A stretch of DNA of 64,000 bases from Eledone cirrhosa (GCA_964016885.1 OZ024747.1:58962001-59026000), one strand, 5' to 3'; shown: positions 27,296-40,654, counted from the stretch's first letter. The notes: generated by a model not told the origin, from the sequence alone. A program made the numbers and translations.

Positions 27296-27357
<62 letters not shown>

Positions 27358-27472
27358 TTTTTTCATTATCTAATTATATATATATATATAGTTATATATA
27401 TAAAATAACTATTAAGCTCTGTAACCTACATAGAGCACTCTTTTTTCCTGGACCTTTCCGACGGAATTACTT

Positions 27473-27513
<41 letters not shown>

Positions 27514-28244
27514 ACAAACTCACATATATATATATAGAGCAAGAGAGGAGGAGAGAAAGGGAGAGTGTCTGTGAAGTTGAGACCGAGGAGAGCACTAATG
27601 ATGGGAGTACTTAATGCATGGGGAAATGTAGAGTTGGTATAGAGGCAGGGCAAGCTGTTTCGGCTTGTATGTTCAGAAAGCCTTGCTGAACGCAGAAGCC
27701 GAAACCGTTTGGTGCCGCAGTCGGTATTTTACATCTCTCTCTCTCTACAGATACTATTGGTGGGGGCTGGATGACTTAGTATTTGTAAGTGTATGGTGTG
27801 TTTTAAAGTTTGTAGGTTAGCTGTAGTTTCCAGGGTTCGTTGATGAGATATTTAGATATTAGTATTTTGGTGCATATTTTAGGTTGTAATGGATGTTGTT
27901 TAAATAAGTACACATTGGGTACTTTATTTTGTATTGTATGTTTTGCAGTCGGGGCGATGCTAGTGGGGAGGGGGGGGGTTAGAGGTGCATGTCACCCACC
28001 CACCCCCAATGATTATATTTTTCTCCCCAAACTATCAAAACACACATCTATTTGAGTATGCTCTACAATTTATGTACATCTTACGTTTATCGCATATCGA
28101 AGTTTTCTGACCATGTTAGATTGCAAAGAGCTGAACTACAACTAAATTGACCAAATTTGGCCCTCCAATTCAGAAATGCCAGTGTCAAGAAAAAAAATTG
28201 TCTGTGCGTGTGTGAATGTACTTGTAGCTTAATTGCTATAAATT

Positions 28245-28431
28245 AATTGTTTCTACTTTTGGCATAAGGGCCATCAATTATCCCAGTGCATTACTGGTAC
28301 TTTATTTTATCGACCCCGTAAGGATGAAAGGCAAAGTTAACCTCGGCGGGATTTGAACTCAGATCGTAAAGGCCCGTAACTCCATGCTGCAAAGCATGGT
28401 GTCCAACCCTCTACCGATACTGCCAATCCAC
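28245..28431 (-). mobile_element. Young Meta/MESC-like SINE
   Basis: Near-identical reverse complement of 1612-1798. Confidence 0.85.
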
Positions 28432-28627
28432 AAATTAATGTTTTGTCGCTGTGTCAGACACTGTGATCCCGGGTTGGTAGGGGTTGAAACTGCCAAAGTC
28501 CGCCTCAACGGCCGTTGATCATGCAGTTCTTTGTCCTTCGTTTGTATGTTTATTTACAAAAAAATATTTGAAGGTTTCCCTTTAAAAAAATGTTTTTCTT
28601 TCGTTGTCTTGTCCTCTCTTTATTTTT

Positions 28628-28658
<31 letters not shown>

Positions 28659-29429
28659 GTATGCATGTATCTGTGTATATTCTCTTTGATTTCTTCATTT
28701 TTTCAGTAAACACTCTCATCATTATATGCATTTTCTGGTCTAAATGACGTCTGAGTGATTAGAACTCAGAACATAAAGACCCTTAATTAATACCACAAAG
28801 ATCATTATATCATTGTTCGACGCTCGGTTGATTTTTCTCTAATGTTAGTTATATATCAATCATGTTTAAGTTATATTTTGGGAAAGAGAAAGAAAATTAC
28901 GTCGGCCCAATTTTTGACACGAGCGTGTAATGAGCGTATGTGTGGGTGGGTTGTTGCTTGTGTATATGATAGACTTTATCTCTCCCCTTTCTATGTACGT
29001 TTCTTTGCTTGCACATGTGCCATGTATAAAATAACAAATGATTTAGAATCAGACCTTTCATTGCCCCTTACCACCCTAGTCCCTCTTACAGAGAATATCC
29101 GAGATATTCGTGTGAGATACCTCGAACAACCTCAACAAAGTACTTATCTCGTTAACAACATTATTTAAACATGTTTATTTATATCAACAGGGGCTGTGTG
29201 AATTCTTATACCTCTTAGTCCGCACCATAAAATCCCAGTCTTTATATTCCCATTGCTTATGAAAGTACTCTCTCACTCTACATCATTCCACATTATATTA
29301 TGGCAATAACGATACTTCGCTATGCCGAATGTTTATTAAACATAGGTGTCTGTTGTATGAGATATTTCATCTTCTGTATAATTAGACGTTAATTGGTTCC
29401 GTTATGAAGATTGTATGAAAAGACAGGTG

Positions 29430-29900
29430 ACCTAATGGCTACGGTTTTGCGCTCAGGATCGTAAGATGGTTGAGTATTTTATTTTGGGGGAAAATACAGT
29501 TGCAAAATGTGGTTTCCAACTACAACCCGAAGTCAGCAGCTGGGAAACCGCAAGCCTGCCCAGATAACTAACTTGCTTAGAACGGAAGAAATAGACGCAG
29601 TAGGCTGGATATTTTGTGCAATGTTGTTCTTCGCCGCCAGGGTTCACGCCCACTATTTTCACCGACTGTCTTTACTACGCTACCAGCCTCCTGTATTGAC
29701 AACGCCACCGATTTAAATAGTCTACCTCCCGTAAAAACGCAGAAAAAAACGTGCATCTGGCTTCAAATCAGTCACGTGATCCATTATTCGTTCTTCCTCG
29801 CTTTCTTTTGTAGATCTGGGGAGAAATGTTTCGAATTCGAGTGATACTATTTGCAGCTGATGATTGAGTTTACAATCTCCTTCGTTCACGTTGCTCCTTC
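29430..29900. promoter_or_regulatory. Possible promoter region
   Basis: Repeat-free and CpG-enriched; AACTACAA...CTGGGA (Staf/ZNF143-like, 29518-29545); GTCACGTGAT E-box (29771-29780); pyrimidine-rich initiator-like run (29789-29810). Confidence 0.4.
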
Positions 29901-30239
29901 TTTTAGTTGTAATCTGCAGACAGTATCACCAATGAAAACATTCGTTTATTTGTTGTTGTTGCTGTTTTTAGTTTGATTTAGGTTCGATCTGATGATCGGC
30001 TCCTTTACTTGATTTCTATTATATTCAATGTTTTATTATTTTGATTACATGGATTCGTAAAAGAGGACGGGGAATTATAGTATAATCAACTGAACTGAAC
30101 CTAAACTAAATCTGGTATTTACTATATCAATATTTAGAGCCCCCCCCCCCCTATCCCCCGGTAATCCATATTCAAAGTTTCTATTTTCTGCTGATAAACC
30201 TAGCTCAGTTATGCATTCATAGATCTATACTATATTGGA

Positions 30240-30545
30240 TCACACCAACAAAGAAGTCCGTCAACGAACCCACCAACATCATATGCAAGCGTCGTCTTGG
30301 CTGGTTGGGACACGTCACCCGACTCCCAAGTGAGAGACATGCTAATCAGGTCCTATATTGGTACTTATATTGAAAGAGGTGAAGAGGATGACCCAATATA
30401 AATTGGCGGCAGACAATCGACCGAGACCTGAAACTCATCAACAAAAGTTGGGAAGATGTATTGATAGATGTAACTGACCGTGGTCAATGGAGCAATTTGG
30501 CTGACTCACGCGTCTCAAGATGTGAAAGCTTCTACGTTTACGTCT
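30240..30545 (+). mobile_element. RTE-clade LINE 3' fragment
   Basis: ICKRRLGWLGHVTRLPSERHANQVLYW..*KR*RG*P..NWRQTIDRDLK...SWEDV...TDRGQW. Confidence 0.85.
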
Positions 30546-31789
30546 ATATTATATAGTCTTGTACCTATACTATGTAGGTGGCACTAGGACAGCCACATAT
30601 TAACAGCCATATCAATGCAGACCTATACTATGAAAACCTCATACCTATACTATATTGGTGGCACTATGATAACCACACATTAACAGAGATTTACTATAGA
30701 CAATGGCTCACGTCAGCCATATCAATACGGACCTATACTATGTAGGTTGATTTAGACATAGTCATCTATTAACATACTATTACTATAGAGATAGATTCAG
30801 GCCAGCAGTTTCTATATAGAACTATCTTATATATCCTTATATTATATACATGTTGATGGCATAGGTTAGTCATACATTAACGTAGCTTCTCTAGCCTCAT
30901 GTCAGCCATATCTGTATATTCACATGTCTGAATAAGTATGTGCGTGTGTGTATGTGTGTGTGGAGAGAGAGAAACTGAGAGTGTGTTTTGCTGTTGTTAC
31001 ACGCGAGACTAATTTATCAAAATGTCTGTTGAAAGATGCTGTTAAATGCATTAAATATTTACATCTGAAATAGAAAAAAAAATTAACTTAAGAGAGATTA
31101 GTTGTAAAAAGAGAATGATTGCAATCCTAAACATTTCTAATAAGTCGTTGCTAACATAAAATTATCCATCAATACTTTGTGACATTTATACAGAATGCAG
31201 CATTTAGGATAAGACATTGTGGAGAGGGTGTATTTCCGTTTCCTGTTTGGCACTGTAATTCTTGTGAAATAACCAATCTATTGTTCTTTATGTCTGTTGA
31301 GAAATATCTCCGACTCGTCATTGATAATATAATTTTAAAAGCAGGTTGATTCTTTAGAACCCTGCCTTCTTGTTTAAATATACCCTCTCTCGCTTTTGAG
31401 GTTAACTGTCTAGTGATAAATATCAGCATGCTTCTGGAGATTGGAATTGTCTATTATGGGGTTTAATGGACGACAAAGCAAAACAAAACAATATGAATAA
31501 AATGAAATAACAAATTGTAACAAAAAGATCAAATATATTGTTCTACTGGAATGTGTTGGGTTCATTTGTTGAAATGGCGGCTTCCGTTTGCATTGTAATT
31601 CTGGTCCGCCATTATTAGATGAATCGATTGATCTCTTGTTCAAGGATTGCACCAGATTGACATCATTCGACTAGGGAATCGAACTACTCTCGTCGTTTTA
31701 CATATCCTATACCTCATATAATTCTTTTAACGAGTTCGTTTCTTTTTAAACATAGTGTTTTATTTTTATTAATATTTGATAGGCTCGTA

Positions 31790-32008
31790 ATGGCGGTGGA
31801 TTGGCAGTATTGGTTGAGGGTCGGACGCCATGCTTTGCAGCATAGAGTTACGGCCCTTTATGATCTGAGTTCAAATCTCGCCGAAGTCAACTTTGCCTTA
31901 CATCCTTACGGAGTCGATAAAATAAAGTACCAGTCACGCACTGGTGTCAATTTAATCGACTTTCCCCTCCCTCAAAATTGCTGGCCTTGTGCCTATATAA
32001 GAAACTAT
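31790..32008 (+). mobile_element. Full-length Meta/MESC-like SINE with imperfect TSD
   Basis: Head, core and tail present; flanks TATTTGATAG(G/A)CTCG. Confidence 0.85.
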
Positions 32009-32831
32009 TATTTGATAGACTCGAAACTCTTGTTGGGGTTGCAGGGGCGTCGTATACGGCGTTTCTTTTAAACATGGCGGAACCCATTCCTCTCCAGGTC
32101 TGAACACAGCAGATTTCCTCCAGAGAAGCATTGAAAAAAAGTGAGTGAGAGAGCGAGCGACAGAGATAGTGAGTGTGAGAGAATCGACCCAGTACTAGAC
32201 TGGTACTTTTTTATCGCCCTCGAAATGTTGAAAGTTGGCCTCAGAGAACCGGAACGAATACCACAAAATATTATATCAGACGTTCTAGCAAATCTGCCAA
32301 TTCGCCACCAAACGTAGTATTATATATGTGTAATATATGTGTATTATATATGTGTAATACCACTTCAATATAGTGTTCATTAGGTGGAGGTTTGCTAAAG
32401 AATATGCTTTTTTTGTTTGGATACTAATACTAAAAGACGGTATTTTTGTTCGGAGTTAACTTTTTCAGTGGACACCGGTTTTTTGTTTGTTTTGTTTTTA
32501 TTATTATTTGTATAGCTACGTGCTACGTTATTTCTGTATTGTAATCGAATGAAGTCACGCTAGAAAATTTCTCATACATGCTTGTTCATCCGACAGTGCT
32601 TTTGTGGCTGCTTGCTTTATCCATGGACATAGTTGATTAGTATTTCTATAGTGTAGGCTTCATTTTATGTTTATTTGACTTTGTAATCAGAAGTTCATTA
32701 TGTCTTGTTTGTTCGTAGCGTTTATCTCTTCATTACTGTCCAAGTGTGTTTTATTTATACAGTATATTTGGTGCGAACTAATCACATGTAATGCTATAAT
32801 ATAAGTATCAGTTTCACTTATCAGGGAAACT

Positions 32832-33086
32832 TTCTTCTTCTCCTTCATCTTCTTCATCTTTGTCTCCTTGCCCTTCTTCGTCATATTCTGCTTCATCTTC
32901 TTCATCTCCTTCTTCTTCTTTTTCGTCTTTATCTTCTCCTTCGTTTTCTTATTCTTTTTATTCTCCTTCATCTTCGTCTTCTCTTTTTCATCTTTTTCGT
33001 CTTCATCATCATCTTCTTCTTCTTCTTCTTCTTCTTCTTCTTCTTCTTCTTCTTCTTCTTCTTCTTCTTCTTCTTCTTCTTCTTCC
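32832..33086. repeat. (TTC)n/(TCA)n trinucleotide repeat
   Basis: Direct inspection. Confidence 0.95.
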
Positions 33087-33554
33087 TGGGTGTATCGTCG
33101 GGGCAGAGTCCTCAGACACGCCTTCCAAGAATGTCCTATCAGAAGTAACCGTCTCCAAATAATCTTGCTAAATCCACACGAGATATTTGCTCCACACCAT
33201 GGATATATATTTATCTGAACCTATGTATTATATTTCACCAATACATTTTCTATTAAATATCAGATGGATTCTAATAAACAACACCTCCTTCAGTTTTTTG
33301 CCAGTTGTGGTTTTGGTGACATCGGCTATATTTCAAATTTTATGGAGAGTTATTTTATTAGAGCAATAGCAGACTCGGTGGAGCATCTGCTCCATAGCCA
33401 TGGTGTATCTATTTATCTCCCTTGATTCAATGAGTATTAATAAAGTGTTGCTCATTATTGGCGTTGATAAAATTTAAAAAAGCAGTCAATTTCTGGGGTC
33501 GATTATTCGACTTTTTCCACCACCAACCAAAATAATTATTGGTCCTGTACCTAA

Positions 33555-33740
33555 ATTATGGCAGTATCGGTAGAGGGTCGGACGCTATGCTTTGACGCAC
33601 AGAGTTACGGCCCTTGCCATACTGAGTTCGAATTCCACCGAGGTTGACTTTGCCTTTCATCCTTACGGGGTCGATAAAATAAAAGTACCAGTAATGTACT
33701 GGAATAATTGTTGGCCTTGTACCAAAAAGTAGAAACAATT
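33555..33740 (+). mobile_element. Meta/MESC-like SINE
   Basis: Same family as 1612-1798. Confidence 0.85.
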
Positions 33741-34615
33741 ATTACTACTATACTACTACTAATATTGCTACTACTATTGCTACTAGTACGACTACTACTA
33801 CTACTAATATTGCTACTATTATTGCTACTAGTACGACTACTACTGCTGTTGCTGCTCCTGTTACTACTACTAATACTACCACCAATATTACTAATACTAC
33901 TACTACTGCTACTGTTACTGCTACTACTACTAATGTCGCTACTACTACTACTGCTATTACTATTACTACCACTACCACTCCTACCACCAATACTACTATT
34001 ACTACCACTACCACTCCTACCACCAATACTACTATTACTACCACTACTACTCCTACCACCAATACTACTATTACTACCACTACCACTCCTACCACCAATA
34101 CTACTATTACTACCACTACCACTCCTACCACCAATACTACTATTACTACCACTACTACTCCTACCACCAATACTACTATTACTACCACTACTACTCCTAC
34201 CACCAATACTACTATTACTACCACTACTACTCCTACCACCAATACTACTATTACTACCACTACTACTCCTACCACCAATACTACTATTACTACCACTACT
34301 ACTCCTACCACCAATACTACTATTACTACCACTACCACTCCTACCACTAATACTACTATTACTACCACTACCACTACTACCACCAATACTACTATTACTA
34401 CCACTACTACTACTACCACCAATACTACTATTACTACCACTACTACTCCTACCACCAATACTACTATTACTACCACTACTACTACTACCACCAATACTAC
34501 TATTACTACCACTACCACTCCTACCACTAATACTACTATTACTACCACTACCACCACCAATACTACTATTACTACCACTACTACTATTACTACCACTACT
34601 ACTACTGCTGCTATT
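33740..34615. repeat. (ACT)n-derived 36-bp minisatellite continuing from the SINE tail
   Basis: Unit CTACCACCAATACTACTATTACTACCACTAC(C/T)ACTC, ~16-17 copies from ~33960. Confidence 0.9.
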
Positions 34616-35527
34616 ATCATCATGGTTATGCCAGTCTTAGTTTTATTGCGTGCTTTCTGTGCAGAGTTGAGTGCCCCTATGTGTGCCTTGAGTAATATTG
34701 TTACTGTTGTTGTTGTTATAATTATTCCCTAGGGATAGATTATATAAACAGTCTCTAATAGACTGGATTAACGTTTCTACTCTACCTACTCCTCCTGGTT
34801 TCTTCCTCACACAATAGAACCATTATTCTAATGAGCTACGACTGTGATATGTAAGGGGTGGGTGGGAGGGACATGTTACCTGACACAGAATGGTTGGTAT
34901 TAGTTGGAAGTTACTGATACAAGGACATCTACCATCTCTTTCGTTCTCCTAAATCTCCTTCTCCTCTTCCTCTCTTATTCCTCCTACTCCCAGTCATCCT
35001 CCTCTCCCTCTTTGTTGTCAAAGCAACATTACACCACCGAGATTTCTGTTTTATTTCAGTTTAAAATTACAATGTTTGTTGTTGTTGTTGTTGTTGTTGT
35101 TAGAGCAATGGTAAGTAGATTCGGTGGAGCATCGTATCCATAATCATGGTGTATCTATTTATGTCCCTTGATTTTAGAAGTAATAATCCTGTTTTCGGTC
35201 GTCTTTATATTTCATCACTTCGCCGTTGGTGTCGCTGTTGGTGTTGTTTAGACCCGACTCAGCCAATATAGGCAAAGTCTATCTAGGTAGGATTTGAACT
35301 TATAATGCAGTGTGTCGGCAGTAAATACCGCAAGGTAATTTATTCGACGTTCAAAGGATTGTAACAATCTACAACTCTAATGTAATATCAAAAATATACA
35401 ATGTACGAAACGGTATCTGGAATATATTGTGTTCAATTCCCCATAGCGGCCGATGGCAACTTCTTTTTCCGTTTTTTAAGGGTCTTCACCCTATTTTATA
35501 AGCTATCTGCGCTTGAGCACTCTCTTT

Positions 35528-35567
<40 letters not shown>

Positions 35568-35571
<4 letters not shown>

Positions 35572-35757
35572 GTTTCTACTTTAAGCACAAGGCCAGCAGT
35601 TACCCAGTACATTACTGGTACTTTATTTTATCGACCCCGTAAGGATGAAAGGCAAAGTTAACCTCAGCGGGATTTGAACTCAGATCATAAAGGGACGTAA
35701 CTTTATGCTAGAAAGCATGGCGTCCAACCCTCTACCGATACTGCCAATCAACCACCC
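35568..35757 (-). mobile_element. Young Meta/MESC-like SINE
   Basis: Near-identical to 28245-28431. Confidence 0.85.
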
Positions 35758-36184
35758 TATATATATATATAACATGTCTGGGAGAAGTGAAATATGTTAA
35801 TGTTGGCCTGTTTTGAGGTGAATATGTTGTTAAAAAATAAAGGTTCAACAGACCGGTACTTATCCCGATTTCGCCAGCGTTAAGCAACTGAGAGTACAAG
35901 ACTTTTCCATGGACATGACGCCATCACTGGGTTCATTTCCAGCTATTGCTGGTACACATTTCTTTGACTTTCCCCCTTTCCCAGAATTGCTTCCCTTGTG
36001 CCTAAATTACAAATCATTTTTACGTGTTTATCATTTCTTTCTTAAAATCCTATTCGTTCTTACTACCAAAATCACATCACCTAAGACTCTAGAGCTTTGG
36101 ATTAATTTTGTATCAAATTCCTGACAACATTTGCTAACTACATGTAGGTAATAAAATATCCACAAGCTATGCACCGCAAATCCG

Positions 36185-36222
<38 letters not shown>

Positions 36223-36256
36223 TACATATATACAGAGAGAGATACATATGTATATA

Positions 36257-36304
<48 letters not shown>

Positions 36305-36708
36305 TTCTATTTGTATTTTTTTTTTTTTTCATGGCGGGGGAATGAAGTAATATAGGAAAACTGGAGAAGACGTTTAATCTGGTGGACACTTTATCTACTT
36401 TCGAAATACTGCTAACGGTAACATAAAACTCTAGTTTGTCTCTAGTTTAATACATATGGATGTCTGTCTAGACTGGAGCGCATTGTTTATGCTTTCAGTT
36501 GAAATTGTTGTTGTTTTAGTGACTGTAAATATACACTTAGTATTATCATTCATCAGGATGTTAGATGATTCCTGAGGGAAGATGTAATGGGTGATTTGGG
36601 AATTATTATTCTTTTAAGAAAGTCGACAGAGGTCACATATTTCATCTGGGCCGTGTCAGTCGTACCAGGATGTTTTTGTTTGTTTTTTCATAAACTTGAT
36701 GCATTACA

Positions 36709-36754
<46 letters not shown>

Positions 36755-36879
36755 GGTGGAGGCACGTGGTAAGGGTGTTGGACTTGCGATCAATATGTCG
36801 TTGGTTCGATTCCTGGGTTGCGTGTTGTGTTCTTGAGGAAAATACTTTATTTCACGTTGCTCCAATGCATTCAGCTGGA

Positions 36880-37121
<242 letters not shown>

Positions 37122-37644
37122 AGGTGAGTTTTATTGTAGTACAATAAAGCAATGCAGATATCGGATAAGAAGCACTCTACAGTTTGTAGGACTGGAGTAT
37201 GCATAATATAAGATCAAAAGATGGTTAAAGGAGTTCCATGTATTTTATTATGCGCATTTCAAAAACAAACATCATCATGCAATAATATTTGTGTTTTCAT
37301 CAGATAAAACAGGAGAACATGATATGAAGGCTAAAAAACACTTGTGGATAGTGCAGTTTTAAATCAACATATGAAAAGTGGTTTTAGATTGATGTGTGAT
37401 ATTGGGAAAAATATATATATATATACATACATATATATATATATATATAATTTCAGTGAGATCGTATTTCGGCGGGGGGCCAAAAACAATAGGAAACGCA
37501 ATCCTTGAGATATGCGGCAAGCGCTCAATGGACTAAAGGAAGACTAGAGCAATTAACATACGTTATAAAGGCCAGATAAAATGAAAATACTGGTCGTGAA
37601 GCCATCAGCCACCGGAGCCAAAAAAACGAAGCAAGCTAAACAGG

Positions 37645-37689
<45 letters not shown>

Positions 37690-37897
37690 AATAAATTATC
37701 GAGAATCGCATTTCGGCCCACGAAATAACGAAAAACAACCTCCGAGATGTGTGGCAAGTGCTCAATGATTCAGATGAACCAGAGCTATAACAAACGTTAA
37801 AGGCCAAACACACTGAGACGATGGTTAAACAATCATCCGCACACCCCACAAAAAATGATCAAGTAATTCGGGTCAAACAAATAAAAATATATGTGAT

Positions 37898-37931
<34 letters not shown>

Positions 37932-38345
37932 AGATAAGCAGAACAAGCAAAAATTCAATCAATTTTTCAAAATAAATCAAAATTAATATACAATCAAAAT
38001 TAATCAAAATTAAAAAATATAATATAAATATTTACCTATTCTAATGGCCCTAACTGTACAGTTTCACGGTGCAAAACATTAAATATCACCAGGATATTAA
38101 TGGAAAAGCAACGATCATATATATATGAATTATAACCATTATAACCATTACACTCTATAACCGCTTAATTTCATGTTGTATTTTAACCTGTATTTTTCAT
38201 TGTATCTTGTAATATGAATGTAATCTCTAAATGTGTACTGCCACACTAAATGCTGTAATGAATGTTGACCCACAATATTTGCATATGTATCTGTATGTCT
38301 CTTGGGTGAAAAGGAGGTCATATAAGTGTTCATTCAATAATAAAT

Positions 38346-38392
38346 TGCTCCGAAGAATCCAAACCTCGGTTTGGAGGAAACAGTTGTAAGCA
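38346..38392 (+). ncRNA. Hammerhead-like motif with CCGAAGA core
   Basis: TGCT-CCGAAGA-A-TCCAAACC-TC-GGTTTGGA-G-GAAA-CAGTTG-TA-AGCA; homologue at 52891-52939. Confidence 0.7.
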
Positions 38393-38592
38393 TAAAAATG
38401 TTTTGAACAGTTCTTTGATTCTTATAATTCATATAACTGCTCTGTAAATCATCTGATGTTATTACATTGAGCTATTTAACTTACTGGTAATAAGGTAGTA
38501 GTATATTACTGCCTACCACTATTTAGGGTTTATAAAAATATATATAACTGCAAAAGTTTTTGTATTTGCATAACCATAAATAGTATAATTAA

Positions 38593-38640
<48 letters not shown>

Positions 38641-39244
38641 AAAAGTAACGAAGATCGCTGGTATAAATACACGACCACCGGCCAGCATCTAGCTCACTCA
38701 ATGAATCTGGAGAATTGCAGTAATGCAGCTGCAACCAACTGTTCAGTGTATACACATTTAGTTTACTGTAGACAGTTGGCAGTATTTAGTTAGGGATAGA
38801 TATAATATCTCCCTCCTGGGCGATAGTTTCTGTCTAATATAACTTTACTAATGCAGATATTATTTCTGCAATGTTCAGAAAATCACGCAAAATCAGCGGA
38901 TATTTATGTAATTGGACTATTACACGTCTTCAGCAGTTGCCTATATCATACGATAGTTTAATGTGAGCTAGCCTTCACTACTGGATAAGAAATCTAGCAT
39001 TTAACGGCAATCCCTCACTCTGCCTCCAATGAAAAAAGGAAAAATCTCTCGCAGACCATAACACGTGGTTTTTGGTAGTTGAATTCAAATAAAGGGATTC
39101 GCGCCAAAACATATATCTATCTATCTATCTATATATATATATATATTTTTCGATTATTTTCATTTTATACCCTTTTTACTCGATTGTATGTAAACTCCCC
39201 CTTTGTATTTGTCCCTTCTTTTTATGCCTTTATGGTAAATAAAG

Positions 39245-39292
<48 letters not shown>

Positions 39293-39424
39293 CCAAAGAT
39301 TAATATGGTACATTGATTACTCAATGGATATAGTTTTACAATAGATTAAAAGCACTCTACTGGCTGCCAATACCGGAATTGAACCATCAAGACCGTTGAG
39401 GTATGTCATACATCAATTCATGTA

Positions 39425-39486
39425 TTTTATCTGACGAGGACGTACTGAAAAAACAGCACAGTACCTTCGAAATATATATAATAAAA
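39425..39486 (+). ncRNA. Type I hammerhead motif
   Basis: TTTTAT-CTGACGA-GGACGTACTG...CAGTACCTTC-GAAA-TATATA-TA-ATAAAA. Confidence 0.7.
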
Positions 39487-39530
39487 CATATATTTTGATT
39501 ATGTGAATGTCTTCATTTATTAATATTTTG

Positions 39531-39576
<46 letters not shown>

Positions 39577-39578
<2 letters not shown>

Positions 39579-39714
39579 TTTTAATATAGATGAGATTCTA
39601 CAGGACTAGAACTGTTTCATTCTTTAGAAATCATCAGGAATCATCAGAGATTCCTGATGATTTCTAAAGAATGAAACAGTTCTAGTCCTGTAGAATCTCA
39701 TCTATATTAAAACT
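39577..39714. ncRNA. Perfect 66-bp-arm palindrome with hammerhead motifs on both strands
   Basis: + motif 39647-39699, - motif 39594-39642, 6-nt spacer ATCAGA. Confidence 0.85.
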
Positions 39715-39782
39715 TTTATACTCTGCAATGTATTGAGTACCTTACTTACTGTGGTTACCTCCGATTCAACCCGAATAACGTG

Positions 39783-39814
<32 letters not shown>

Positions 39815-39830
39815 GACATACATATATATG

Positions 39831-39864
<34 letters not shown>

Positions 39865-39869
<5 letters not shown>

Positions 39870-40070
39870 AACCAGTAAGACCCCGACGGCTGAGCTCAAG
39901 CCGTTTCGACGGCTAATTCTGGACTGAATTAGTCCAGAATTAGCCGTCGAAACGGCTTGAGCTCAGCCGTCGGGGTCTTACTGGTTCCTATTACCCACTC
40001 TACTACCCTAAGTATTGAGTACTTTGGTGCGTTATGGTCCACATGGTTCCTTACCACATTTCCTTCGTTA
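39865..40070. repeat. Palindromic Penelope-like tail with a hammerhead 3' half (GAAA, helix III, GUC) on both strands
   Basis: Arms 39865-39925 and 39931-39991; GAAA-CGGCT-TGAGCTC-AGCCG-TC-GGGGTC; relatives at 27210, 55425, 56778 and 60311. Confidence 0.8.
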
Positions 40071-40174
40071 TATATATATACATACATACACACACACATA
40101 TAGACATACATATATATGTATATATATATATATATATGGAGAGAGAGTGAGTGAGTGAGAGAAAGCAAGAAACA

Positions 40175-40208
<34 letters not shown>

Positions 40209-40654
40209 TGTGTGTGTGTGTATACATATATTTCAAAGAGTTTCTTTTTCCTCTCTCATTTCGTTAAAGGTATATTTTTGTTGCAAGATTATGTTCTGTC
40301 ATGTTTTGCATGTAGTTTGGTTTTACTTTGGAACCACATGGAACATCATGTTGTTGCTATATATTTATTTTGTCTCGATATTTTTGTCACCTCGGTGCTA
40401 CTGCTGATGTTGCTGTTGCTGCTGCTGCTGTTGCTGCTGCCCTTGTTTTGGTTGCTAATGATGATGATGAAGGTGGTGGTGACAGAATGTGTGACAGAGG
40501 TGGTGTTGACATCAACTTGTCAGTTTTAGTTAATGTGATAATGGTGAGATTAGTGGTGACAGTGGCTGCGATGGTGATGGTGGGGGTAGAGGGGCGGGGC
40601 GGCGGAACTCGTGACAGTAGCTGTGACAGTGGTGGTGGCGGTGGTACTGGTACT

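Noticed and set aside
33708-34640. Poly-Leu/Val ORFs and a Thr-rich mucin-like third frame
   Set aside because: The array begins at a SINE tail, with no splice or domain evidence
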